Notes under the pieces: model-generated | What the model saw: only the letters and a program-made list of their open reading frames with translations | What the model was told of the DNA's origin: nothing | The model's database searches: none | Assembly (NCBI GenBank): GCA_016181045.1 | Contig: JACPAB010000002.1 | Location: 61,126-125,125 of the forward strand | Length of the DNA: 64,000 nt | From: Candidatus Yanofskybacteria bacterium | GTDB taxonomy: Bacteria; Patescibacteriota; Minisyncoccia; 2-02-FULL-40-12; GWA2-44-9 | Reading direction: 5' to 3' | Translations under genes and position numbers: made by a program | In this document: piece after piece, positions 54,494 through 62,821 of the stretch | How positions within the stretch are numbered: the first letter of the stretch is position 1 | Layout: each line of letters starts with the position of its first letter

Positions 54494-54672
54494 GGCGGTT
54501 CAGCGATTTCTCCTCCCAAAGAACACTTGAGCCGATAATACCGTTCTTGGGGCCAGAAATCAAACGGCTGTGGACAAGTGAGCTCGGGATATGATATTAT
54601 ATAAGTGGCGCTTGGATGGGCTTGCCCTCTCACGGTCAATGCTTAGCCAAACCGTAGCCAGGTGCCACCAAA

Positions 54673-54700
54673 AAACACCACAAAAGTGGTGTTTTTTGTT
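54673..54700. terminator. bidirectional terminator (ACACCAC-AAAA-GTGGTGT flanked by A6/T6)
   Basis: Perfect 7-bp stem with T-runs on both sides, immediately after the stop of the 54703..55176 gene. Confidence 0.5.
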
Positions 54701-54702
54701 TC

Positions 54703-55176
54703 CTAGTCAATCTCTGGGTTGCCATTAAACATCCTTCTTTGATTATTGCTTTTATTAACTTTCCAAAAGGGAATAATACTCCAAAAGTATTTTGGTCCAC
54801 CATCAACTTGTTTTACAATAACACGAACTCGGATGTCGTTTAGAATAGCCACAAATTCATAGTAAACAACGGGTTTCATTACTATCTCTGTTTTATTGTT
54901 ACTTCTCCAAGTTTCAAGGTTTCGAGTATGTGAGATGCCTTGGATTGTTCTCGATAGCTTAATTATCTCTGGGGCCAAATTAATCAAACGCAACCTAATA
55001 TATTGGTCATTTCTGGGACGAGCATGGTTTTTTCGTAAAAATTTTATATGCTCGATGCCTTTAGAGTTAAAAGAAACGTCTTCGTTAAAATAGGGACATT
55101 TTATTTTATCGATCTGCTTATAAAAATCCTCGGCCTTAATTTTCGTAGCTTCAAACTTTTTATCTTCAATTTCCAT
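54703..55176 (-). CDS. hypothetical protein (157 aa)
   Basis: ORF whose ATG follows the conserved 32-nt element by 6 nt. Confidence 0.4.
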   Translation of the reverse strand: MEIEDKKFEATKIKAEDFYKQIDKIKCPYFNEDVSFNSKGIEHIKFLRKNHARPRNDQYIRLRLINLAPEIIKLSRTIQGISHTRNLETWRSNNKTEIVMKPVVYYEFVAILNDIRVRVIVKQVDGGPKYFWSIIPFWKVNKSNNQRRMFNGNPEID

Positions 55177-55181
55177 ATTTT

Positions 55182-55213
55182 AAATAATCCCACTTCCCTG
55201 CCCAAAAATCAAC
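55182..55213 (-). promoter_or_regulatory. 32-nt conserved promoter/leader element, copy 2
   Basis: 30 of 32 positions identical to the copy at 54155-54186. Confidence 0.45.
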
Positions 55214-55340
55214 GATTTAATTGGGCTTCAATGACTGCTCGATATTGATTAGACCATGTCTCCAAAAGAATTACTTTATAGGTAATCCAAATAGCCCAGA
55301 ATATTAATATCACAACAACTAACTTACAAATTTTATTCAT
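55209..55340 (-). CDS. small hydrophobic protein (43 aa)
   Basis: MNKICKLVVVILIFWAIWITYKVILLETWSNQYRAVIEAQLNR. Not in the supplied track. Follows the GHKL operon. Confidence 0.3.
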   Translation of the reverse strand: MNKICKLVVVILIFWAIWITYKVILLETWSNQYRAVIEAQLNR

Positions 55341-55346
55341 GTATCT

Positions 55347-55511
55347 TTATTTTTTTAGACTTCCCTCTATGGTACAGTTGCCTGTAATTTTATTACATTT
55401 AGTTACAAATACTGAATTCTCGTTGATAAAGTAAAGACGCTCCATAAAGACCACAACAGCAATTAAAATTATAATTGCGAGTTTAAACCAACTTTGTTTT
55501 AACCAGGTCAT
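55347..55511 (-). CDS. small membrane protein (54 aa)
   Basis: MTWLKQSWFKLAIIILIAVVVFMERLYFINENSVFVTKCNKITGNCTIEGSLKK. The ATG lies 2 nt after the GHKL stop. Confidence 0.35.
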   Translation of the reverse strand: MTWLKQSWFKLAIIILIAVVVFMERLYFINENSVFVTKCNKITGNCTIEGSLKK

Positions 55512-55513
55512 AA

Positions 55514-56995
55514 TTAAATAATTTTCTTCTTATTCATCATCTCCTTTGCTTGCTCCATGCTATCACATATTTTCCCAAAAAATAGATCGAACTCCTCTAA
55601 ATACTGTTTTGGCGTTAAAGTGGTATCTTCAATAGGAACCGTTTGTAGAGCAGCAGTCTCAAGTAAGTAAAATTCATTTCCTCTGGACCTCTTATATCCA
55701 GGAAATACATTGTTAATCACTAATACTTTTCCGCCATCTTTTTCTTCTATCTTGCTTCTGACCATTTCGTCCATACTTCTTATATCCCAATCCATAAAGT
55801 TTCTTAGTCTTCTTCTGCTCCCTATTTTATCTAAAGGCGGTGATGTTCTTGGTTGGTTTTCTCGATTCTTGAGCGAAGCGGGCCTTCCAGTTCGTGGCTC
55901 CTCTCTTGGTTGTGGTGGTTTCTGTCCCACATCCTCGTTTTGCTCCTGAAGATTTAAACCATGATTCCCAACCTCCTTCATTGTCTTTAGTATAGCTTGA
56001 AATAGATCCCGAGCTTTTTTGACACGATTTACATCTTCATCAGTAGGCTCTTCTATCTTTCTTCCTAACAGTTCATCAATGTGAGGTGTTAAAATTCTTC
56101 TCATCTCTTCCTCTACCCTTATCCATTCTTCGGTATCTCTTTTAAAATCCGTCTTGTTTGTATTGACTGGTATAAAATTTAAAGATACTTCCCCAAAAAG
56201 AAAATTCAGACTCCCCTTGTATGTAGGGTCGGGATGCCCAAAGAATTCTCTCTCGCAAATTGATCTACCTTTGTAATAGCACCTCATACCGCCTTTAATT
56301 CCGGATCGAGGAGCCAATCTCCCAATCCAGCCAGAGACATCTTTTCCCAGAGCCGAGAATTTAAAGTTCTCAAGTTTAAACTCAGGGTCGAGAGGGAAGG
56401 GCTCTGGTTTAGCCAAAGCGCCATCGATAAGCAATTCAACATCCCCGCTCTCTATAAGAGGCCTGTAGGTATCTACTAGAATATTTCTGAGCTTATCCTT
56501 GAAATTATCAGTAATATTTATTTTCAAATCCCCGATTTCTATGTGAGTATATCCTTCTTCTGTTTTAGCACTAAGATTAGCTAGTTTATATTCTTTCATT
56601 TGCCGGGTGTCATAAAGGTTGTCATCCTCAATCCTATAAGCATCCCTGCTCCCGGCAGGAGAAGTGGTTAAGGTGAAAGACTTTCCAAGATATCCTATAG
56701 CAGACTTACCGCCTTGACTATAAAGACCTATATCGTATTCGCTCCTTTCCTTGGAACGACCCCAGTCGAAAAATATTTCTAAATCTTTAGAACTCATACC
56801 CTTACCCCCAACATCCTCAATAACTAGTTTTTTTGATTTCGGAATACAAAGAATATTTATTTTAAGCTTGCTACCAACAATTCGGTGACCGACAGAATTA
56901 TCAACTATCTCTTGGATAGCCTCATAGGAATTACTAAAGTTGCTAAATAAAGCAATTTTAATATTTGGATCGAATTTCTCTCTTATTATGTCCAT
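55514..56995 (-). CDS. GHKL-superfamily (MORC/HATPase_c_3-like) ATPase with a long uncharacterised C-terminal region
   Basis: Bergerat-fold motifs: N box (EAIQEIVDNSVGH), G1 (IEDVGGKGMS), G2 (GLYSQGGKSAIGYLGKSF). 493 aa. Confidence 0.55.
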   Translation of the reverse strand: MDIIREKFDPNIKIALFSNFSNSYEAIQEIVDNSVGHRIVGSKLKINILCIPKSKKLVIEDVGGKGMSSKDLEIFFDWGRSKERSEYDIGLYSQGGKSAIGYLGKSFTLTTSPAGSRDAYRIEDDNLYDTRQMKEYKLANLSAKTEEGYTHIEIGDLKINITDNFKDKLRNILVDTYRPLIESGDVELLIDGALAKPEPFPLDPEFKLENFKFSALGKDVSGWIGRLAPRSGIKGGMRCYYKGRSICEREFFGHPDPTYKGSLNFLFGEVSLNFIPVNTNKTDFKRDTEEWIRVEEEMRRILTPHIDELLGRKIEEPTDEDVNRVKKARDLFQAILKTMKEVGNHGLNLQEQNEDVGQKPPQPREEPRTGRPASLKNRENQPRTSPPLDKIGSRRRLRNFMDWDIRSMDEMVRSKIEEKDGGKVLVINNVFPGYKRSRGNEFYLLETAALQTVPIEDTTLTPKQYLEEFDLFFGKICDSMEQAKEMMNKKKII

Positions 56996-57010
56996 AACTG
57001 CGTGTTAGTT

Positions 57011-57799
57011 TTATAAACCCACACTCTTCTTGTAAAAGGCTTCGGCTGAGTCTCCAAAATTTCTTTTAATACACTTGCTTTCCAATTCGCCATAGTCACA
57101 GACGCCCGCTCCACAGTAAGAACCATTAGCACAAGTATATTGAAAATCAATTTTGGTAATTGTTGCTCCCCCATATACCCCAGATTCGTTAAATGGCGCT
57201 ATTAAAACGCGGGCCACCGTTGGGGGAGGTTGCTTAAGAAAGTCCCAAAATTTTATATCCTTTGTTAATTGCTTTGTGACCGAGAATTCTTTGTTGCTAG
57301 TTGCAAGCGAAGTGTTTCCAAGTAAATTTACGACAAATTTTATAGCATGATCTTTAGTAAACACTCCTCCACGCCCCTCGGTCTGCTTAAGGTCAATACT
57401 ATTTGCAGAATTACGAACACCATTCAATACACCGCTTTCAGTACTAAAATTTACAGAAATCATGTGTGGACCATCTCCTATTACGTTTCCATCTACTACG
57501 ATTTTGGCTGTTTCAAATTTGCCATTAAGAGCAAGTCGAATGCTTTCTTTGTCATAAACGGAGGAGTCACTGTATATGTTTGGGGATGGCGAGTAAGAAG
57601 CCGAGCCCAGAAGAGATAAGCTTTGTATGTCTATTAAGGGTGTCGGAGAGATTGTGGGAACCTCATCGTTAGGTGGTAGGGTCGCAGTAGGTACCTGGCT
57701 CGTTCTTAAAACTATAGTTCTAAGAACCCAGCCAGTAAATAAAACTAACACAATAAATAATACTATAAACGTAACTGTTGCTTGGGTTTTGTCGCTCAT
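57011..57799 (-). CDS. hypothetical membrane-anchored extracytoplasmic protein with C-terminal Cys cluster
   Basis: Start at MSDKTQ (57799), abutting the upstream stop. N-terminal TM segment. The C-terminus reads CANGSYCGAGVCDYGELESKC. Confidence 0.4.
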   Translation of the reverse strand: MSDKTQATVTFIVLFIVLVLFTGWVLRTIVLRTSQVPTATLPPNDEVPTISPTPLIDIQSLSLLGSASYSPSPNIYSDSSVYDKESIRLALNGKFETAKIVVDGNVIGDGPHMISVNFSTESGVLNGVRNSANSIDLKQTEGRGGVFTKDHAIKFVVNLLGNTSLATSNKEFSVTKQLTKDIKFWDFLKQPPPTVARVLIAPFNESGVYGGATITKIDFQYTCANGSYCGAGVCDYGELESKCIKRNFGDSAEAFYKKSVGL

Positions 57800-57800
57800 C

Positions 57801-58193
57801 TTAATCTTTAAAAAATTCGTTGATATTTTTTTTCCAAAAAGGCACAAACATCAGTAACATAGAACAGGGAATGCTAAGCACCGCTAAAACGAGATTGTAG
57901 TAGTTAGAGCCCATCTCAAACCCTTTTACCTTTAGATACCACCACTTGAATCCCAAATAGAGTATATTTAAAAACCCCTGAATTACAAGTGCAAATAATT
58001 CAGCAAAACCCTTAGTGGAGACTACAGTCCCATACAAGAGAGGCGCTATTATTGCTGTAAAGATTATTAGTCCTGATAGGTTTAGGGTTGCCCAAATCAT
58101 GTTGGAGCAGATATCTTTATATTTTTTCTCTGGATTATCGATCAAAAATCGGTGACAGCGTATTAAACGTAGGTTGAGATTTAAACTTTTCAT
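57801..58193 (-). CDS. hypothetical polytopic membrane protein (~130 aa)
   Basis: Start chosen at MKSLNL (58193), downstream of the rpsI terminator; the longer track ORF overlaps rpsI. Three to four TM helices. Confidence 0.4.
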   Translation of the reverse strand: MKSLNLNLRLIRCHRFLIDNPEKKYKDICSNMIWATLNLSGLIIFTAIIAPLLYGTVVSTKGFAELFALVIQGFLNILYLGFKWWYLKVKGFEMGSNYYNLVLAVLSIPCSMLLMFVPFWKKNINEFFKD

Positions 58194-58227
58194 TGAATTC
58201 TCGGTGTTTGAGTTATGTCTAAATTTA

Positions 58228-58255
58228 AAGAGTGCCCACATTTGGGCACTCTTTA
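58228..58255. terminator. perfect palindrome AAAGAGTGCCCA-CATT-TGGGCACTCTTT, the terminator after rpsI
   Basis: 12-bp perfect stem immediately 3' of the rpsI stop. Confidence 0.55.
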
Positions 58256-58257
58256 AA

Positions 58258-58824
58258 TTAACGTTTGCTGAACTGTCCACTCTTCCTTGCTTTTTTGTGG
58301 CCGTACTTGCGTCGTTCTTTGACACGAGGGTCGCGGGTGAGCAGGCCGGATTTCTTGAGCTTCTTGCGGAAGTTGAGGTCAAACAGGACCAGGGCGCGGG
58401 CGATGCCGTGCTTAACGGCGTCGGCCTGGCCTTTGGAGCCGCCGCCTTTGACCAGGACGGTGGCCTTAAACCTATTCAATGACTTGAGCTTCTTTAGAGG
58501 CGATTCTACGACATTCTGGAGGTTAACGTCGGAAAAATACTGGGTGTAGTCCTTGCCGTTGACTTGGACGAGGGCTTTATCGCCGTCCGCCATATCGGAT
58601 GCTTTCTTGGTGAAAAGCCGGACACGGGCGACGGATTCTTTTCTCCGGCCCACGGCCGAGAAGTATTTTTCTTTTCCGTTTGCTCCTTCGCTAAGCTCAG
58701 GACCTGCGGCGTTTACTTCTGTCTCTGCCAATTCTATCTCGGCCTGAACGGGAGCCACTTTCTTGGGCTCTTTGACCTTCTTGGGCTTTACCGGCTTTTT
58801 AGTTGTAGTTTTTTTGGTAACCAT
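58258..58824 (-). CDS. rpsI: ribosomal protein S9 with Lys-rich N-terminal extension
   Basis: S9 core (GRRKESVARV...GGGSKGQADAVKHGIARAL...LTRDPRVKERRKYG...QFSKR) preceded by a ~55-aa KKPVKPKK-rich extension. Confidence 0.85.
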   Translation of the reverse strand: MVTKKTTTKKPVKPKKVKEPKKVAPVQAEIELAETEVNAAGPELSEGANGKEKYFSAVGRRKESVARVRLFTKKASDMADGDKALVQVNGKDYTQYFSDVNLQNVVESPLKKLKSLNRFKATVLVKGGGSKGQADAVKHGIARALVLFDLNFRKKLKKSGLLTRDPRVKERRKYGHKKARKSGQFSKR

Positions 58825-58910
58825 ATAAATCAGTTATCATTTATCATTTTCCAGTTTTCAGTAATTGATAACTGATAAATCATTGGAAAATGGTAACTGA
58901 TAATTGTTAA

Positions 58911-59252
58911 CTACTCAAACTTAAGGTTTTTAATTACTTTATCGCGGGTCTTGTTCTTGGGAAGCATGCGGTAAACCATCGCTCTGAAAACATAATTCGG
59001 CCGGGTTGCCCACAACTCGGACAATTTCCTTGCCCTGATGCCGCTGTGGTATCCGGAATAACGGTAGTAGGTCTTGTCGGAGAATTTGTTTCCCGTGAAC
59101 TTGGCCTGGGCCAGATTTTTGACGACAACCTGAACATCGGGCAGTTTGTCCGGCTTGTATGACGGCTTGTCTTTACCGCGCAGCAAAATTGCGACACGTG
59201 ATGCCAGTCTTCCCAGCGTTTGATTGTCTGCGTTTACTTCTACCTTGGTCAT
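58911..59252 (-). CDS. rplM: ribosomal protein L13
   Basis: L13 signature LGRLASRVAILLRGK and synteny with rpsI. Confidence 0.8.
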   Translation of the reverse strand: MTKVEVNADNQTLGRLASRVAILLRGKDKPSYKPDKLPDVQVVVKNLAQAKFTGNKFSDKTYYRYSGYHSGIRARKLSELWATRPNYVFRAMVYRMLPKNKTRDKVIKNLKFE

Positions 59253-59307
59253 TGTTTTAGAATCTAGAACTTAGCCATTAGAACTTAGTTTCCTAATTAA
59301 CTAATGG

Positions 59308-59655
59308 CTATTTACTAAGTTCTATTATCGCCATCTCGGCGCCGTCGGATTGCCTTTGGCCGAGCCGGATTACCCTGGTGTATCCGCCCTTCTTGCCCTC
59401 AAAAGCAGGGGCGATCTCGGTGACAAGCTTTTTGACGGCCTTGTCCCCCACTTCGCTCTGCAAAGCCCTGCGTGAAGCCAGGGTCTGTTTCTTGGCAGTG
59501 GTAACCATCTTATCGAAATGGCTGGAAAGCGATTTGGCCTTGGCGACGGTCGTCTTTATCTTGCCGTTATCAATTAATGCGGTGGCCAGCGACTTGTAAA
59601 GCGCTTTTCTCTGCTTGGTCTCTCGGCTGAATTTTCTTTTATTTCCCCTTCGCAT
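59308..59655 (-). CDS. rplQ: ribosomal protein L17
   Basis: MRRGNKRKFSRETKQRKAL... is an L17 N-terminus. Sits downstream of rpoA. Confidence 0.8.
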   Translation of the reverse strand: MRRGNKRKFSRETKQRKALYKSLATALIDNGKIKTTVAKAKSLSSHFDKMVTTAKKQTLASRRALQSEVGDKAVKKLVTEIAPAFEGKKGGYTRVIRLGQRQSDGAEMAIIELSK

Positions 59656-59658
59656 TTT

Positions 59659-60411
59659 TTATTTTGCTTTCTTTTTGATTACTTTTTTCTTACCTTCCGG
59701 CTTGCCCACCGAAGCTTTAGCGAAGGTGGGAACGTCTATACTCGATACTAATTTGAAATGGTCAACCAATATCTCGGCGGCCTTTTTCATGGCCTCTTCC
59801 GGCTGGATGGAACCGTCGGTCTCGACTTCCATCGTTATCTTGTTGTAGTCGATCTTCTGTCCGACGCGAGTGTTCTCGACTTTAAAATTGACCATCTTTA
59901 CCGGCGAGAATATGGCATCAACGGAAATTACGCCGATAGCTAATTTTTCCTTCTGTCTCTGGTCAACCGGAACGTAGCCGGTGCCTTTTTCGACGTCGAG
60001 CTCCATGCTGAACTCGGCCTTTTTGTCGGTCAAGGTGACAATGTGCTGATCTTCGTTTATCAATTCGACATCGGAGGTGAGCTTGATATCTCCGGCTTTG
60101 ACCTCGCCGTCGCCTTTGGCTTGGAGGGTCAGTTTGACCGGGCCGTCGCCGTAGAGTTTGAAACGGATCTTCTTTACGTTCTGGATGACTTCGATGACAT
60201 CTTCCAGGACTCCGGGCATGGACGTGAACTCGTGGTCAACCCCTTTTATCTTGACCGATGTGATGGCCGCGCCTTCCAGCGAGGACAGCAAAGCGCGCCT
60301 TAAAGGATTAGCAATAGTTGCCCCATAACCGGCCATCAAAGGAGAAATTTCGAACACTCCCTTGTTGCCATCCTTCGATACGACCTTAATTTGTTCCGGT
60401 AGCTGTAACAT
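59659..60411 (-). CDS. rpoA: DNA-directed RNA polymerase alpha subunit, N-terminal domain only (no alpha-CTD)
   Basis: The alpha-NTD is recognisable, but the ORF ends at 250 aa without the ~80-aa C-terminal DNA-binding domain. Confidence 0.75.
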   Translation of the reverse strand: MLQLPEQIKVVSKDGNKGVFEISPLMAGYGATIANPLRRALLSSLEGAAITSVKIKGVDHEFTSMPGVLEDVIEVIQNVKKIRFKLYGDGPVKLTLQAKGDGEVKAGDIKLTSDVELINEDQHIVTLTDKKAEFSMELDVEKGTGYVPVDQRQKEKLAIGVISVDAIFSPVKMVNFKVENTRVGQKIDYNKITMEVETDGSIQPEEAMKKAAEILVDHFKLVSSIDVPTFAKASVGKPEGKKKVIKKKAK

Positions 60412-60413
60412 GC

Positions 60414-60488
60414 GTTGACTTACAACCTACGACTTACAACCTACGACTTTATAAACCGTCGTTAGTTGTTTGCCGTTGGTCGTTGGTT
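60414..60488 (-). repeat. intergenic tandem-repeat stem-loop (2x TTACAACCTACGAC then GTCGTTAG/CGTTGGT units) between rpsD and rpoA
   Basis: Same architecture as the element at 42061-42129. Confidence 0.5.
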
Positions 60489-61125
60489 ATCTACTATAGA
60501 ACTCTATTATTGTCTGGATATCCGACAGATCTATTCCGCTCTCCGGCCATGTCGGCGTTCCTTTGATATTCGCGACCAGTTTGTCTTTATCAAAGGATAT
60601 CCAGGCCGGGACCTCGCCCTTCTTGAGCCATTGGGGCACCAGAGAGGCAAAGTACGGGCTTTTCAAACTGCCTTCCCTTATCTTTATTTCGTCGTCCCGG
60701 CCGACTTCGAACGAAGGGATGTCGGTCTTCCTGCCGTTCACCAGGATGTGTCCGTGGTTCACGAGCTGTCTGGCCTGGTCCCGGGACTGGGCCAGGCCCA
60801 TCCGGAAGACCACGTTGTCCAAGCGCATCTCCAGGCGGTTCATGATGTATTCGTAGGGGTCCTTCTTGGAGTGGATGGCGTTTTTGACGTATTTTTTAAA
60901 TTGCTTTTCGAGCATGCGGTAGGTATTCCTGACCTTCTGCTTGGTCTTGAGCTGTTGGCCGTATTCGGAAAGCTTCTTGCGGGTGCCTTTTTGGCCGTGC
61001 ATTCCGGGCGGATACGGCTTTCTGGTCATCGCCGATTTCTGGGAATACGAACGCTCCCCTTTGAGGTAGAGCTTTTGGCCGATGCGCCTTTCTATTTTTT
61101 CTTTTGGTCCTGTATAGCGTGCCAC
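60487..61125 (-). CDS. rpsD: ribosomal protein S4
   Basis: MARYTGPKEKIERR... and an S4 domain. Confidence 0.85.
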   Translation of the reverse strand: MARYTGPKEKIERRIGQKLYLKGERSYSQKSAMTRKPYPPGMHGQKGTRKKLSEYGQQLKTKQKVRNTYRMLEKQFKKYVKNAIHSKKDPYEYIMNRLEMRLDNVVFRMGLAQSRDQARQLVNHGHILVNGRKTDIPSFEVGRDDEIKIREGSLKSPYFASLVPQWLKKGEVPAWISFDKDKLVANIKGTPTWPESGIDLSDIQTIIEFYSR

Positions 61126-61209
61126 TTCAGTTTCCAGTTTTCAGTTTCCAGTTTTCAGTATTGATAACTGATAACTTATTGGAAATTGATAACTGATAAT
61201 TGGTAATTT

Positions 61210-61650
61210 TTATACCCTGCGGGGTTTCTTTCTCCTTACCCCGTTGTGGGCGACGGGGGTAGCATCCTGTAAGCCGGTCAGATTCAATCCCGAACCGGCC
61301 AGCCCTCTGATGGCCGACTCTCGGCCCGGTCCGATACCCTTAACGATAACCTTGATGTTCATTAAATTAAATTTTTTGGCCTTCTCCACGCAGTCCTTGG
61401 CAACCAGGTTGGCGGCGTAAGGAGTGGATTTCTTGGTGCCCTTGAAGCCGATGGAACCGGCCGAAGACCAGGCGATTATCTCTCCTTTGGTATCGCTTAT
61501 CGCAACAATGGTGTTGTTGTATGAAACGCTGATGTGGGCGATGCCGTTGATGACCTGCTTCTTTGAGGCCTTCTTGGAAACCGAACCCTCGGCCTGTCCG
61601 GCTGAATCAGATGTCGCGTCTGCTTTTATGATAATTCGCTTTTTACCCAT
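61210..61650 (-). CDS. rpsK: ribosomal protein S11
   Basis: VINGIAHISVSYNNTIVAISD...KKSTPYAA is the S11 signature. Confidence 0.85.
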   Translation of the reverse strand: MGKKRIIIKADATSDSAGQAEGSVSKKASKKQVINGIAHISVSYNNTIVAISDTKGEIIAWSSAGSIGFKGTKKSTPYAANLVAKDCVEKAKKFNLMNIKVIVKGIGPGRESAIRGLAGSGLNLTGLQDATPVAHNGVRRKKPRRV

Positions 61651-61751
61651 GTTAGTCAGTTATCATTTATCATTTTCCAGTTTCCATTAAATGTTTCATT
61701 GTTCAATTGGTAAATCATTGGAAAATGGTAACTGGTAAATGGAAAATAATC

Positions 61752-62138
61752 TCATGTCTTTTCCGATGTCGTCTTGCGTCCCGAACCCATTGTCTTTCGG
61801 ACATTGCCTCTCAACGTCCTGGAATTGGTCTTGCTGCGTCCATGTATCGGCAGTTTCCTTGAATGTCGGAGGCCTCTCCAGGCGCCGACCTCTTTAAGAC
61901 GTTTTATGTTCTGGGCGACTTCTTTTCTCAAGTCCCCCTCGACTTTGTAGTTGGTCTCGATTATTTTCTGTATCTTGTTGAGTTCGTCAGTGGAAAGGTC
62001 TTTGGCCCTTTTGTCCGGGTCCACTTTTGCGGACCTCAAGATGACCGTGCTGGCCGAAAGTCCGATGCCATACAGGTAGGGTAATGCGTATAAAACTTTT
62101 TTGTTGTCTGGGATATTAAATCCTAATATGCGGGGCAT
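61752..62138 (-). CDS. rpsM: ribosomal protein S13
   Basis: MPRILGFNIPDNKKV... is the S13 N-terminus. The start is placed at MPRILG rather than the upstream MIH. Confidence 0.8.
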   Translation of the reverse strand: MPRILGFNIPDNKKVLYALPYLYGIGLSASTVILRSAKVDPDKRAKDLSTDELNKIQKIIETNYKVEGDLRKEVAQNIKRLKEVGAWRGLRHSRKLPIHGRSKTNSRTLRGNVRKTMGSGRKTTSEKT

Positions 62139-62265
62139 ATGAATCAATTAACAATTATCATTTTCCAATTTCCATTAAATTTAACAATGTCTCATTTATC
62201 AATTTCCGAAAATGTTTCAATGGTTAAATGGTAAATCATTGGTAAATGGTAACTGGTAAATGTTT

Positions 62266-62379
62266 TTACCCTTGTCGTTGTTTATGTTTCGCGGTCTTGC
62301 AAATACAATAGAGGCGACCTTTTCGCCTTACTAATACGCAGTTCTTGCACATTTTTTTAACTGATGCTCTAACCTTCAT
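62266..62379 (-). CDS. rpmJ: ribosomal protein L36 (37 aa)
   Basis: Hand-translated: [37 protein letters not shown] (C-x2-C...C-x-C zinc ribbon). Not in the ORF track. Confidence 0.8.
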   Translation of the reverse strand: MKVRASVKKMCKNCVLVRRKGRLYCICKTAKHKQRQG

Positions 62380-62450
62380 CCCGTTAGAGGTAGCCCCGCC
62401 AAGGTCCTACGGACTCGCGACTTGGTCGCGAGCGAGACCTCTAACGGGAT
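62378..62450 (-). promoter_or_regulatory. nested hairpin in the infA-rpmJ spacer that sequesters the rpmJ start codon
   Basis: Outer 14-bp perfect stem ATCCCGTTAGAGGT / ACCTCTAACGGGAT encloses an inner 8-bp hairpin CTCGCGAC-TTG-GTCGCGAG. The AUG of rpmJ lies inside the outer stem. Confidence 0.45.
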
Positions 62451-62457
62451 TCATTAT

Positions 62458-62676
62458 TTAAAATTTATGGCGGAAGGTTATCCGGCCCTTGTCCCCGTCC
62501 GGGCTAAGCTCCATCTCAACCTTATCGCCTATCATTACTTTTATGTAATGCAAACGCATCTTGCCGGCCAGGTAGGCCAAAATTTCCCTGCCGTCTTCCA
62601 GCTGGACCCTGAATTTGGTGTCCGGAAGAGCTTCGATGACCGTCCCCATGACTTTTACTTTCTGTTTGTTTTCCAA
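62458..62676 (-). CDS. infA: translation initiation factor IF-1
   Basis: 72-aa S1-like OB fold (KVKVMGTVIEALPDTKFRVQLEDGREILAYLAGKMR). Confidence 0.85.
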   Translation of the reverse strand: MENKQKVKVMGTVIEALPDTKFRVQLEDGREILAYLAGKMRLHYIKVMIGDKVEMELSPDGDKGRITFRHKF

Positions 62677-62821
62677 AATTTTGCCAAATAAAATACCCGC
62701 CTTTTCTTGCTTTAGGAAAGGGTGAAGGCACGCTGTTTAAAAATCGCAGCACCACCCCTTCCATCCCCTGAATATGAGGTATTTTTAAGCTTTCTTATAT
62801 TATCAGAAACCTCATCCAACG

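Noticed and set aside
54494-54672. Possible small RNA (promoter-like TATGATATTATATAAG, then GUGGCGC...GCCAC, then terminator)
   Set aside because: The terminator is better explained as belonging to the minus-strand gene ending at 54703. The ~66-nt segment has no tRNA/SRP/6S signature. It is left as 3' UTR or uncertain.
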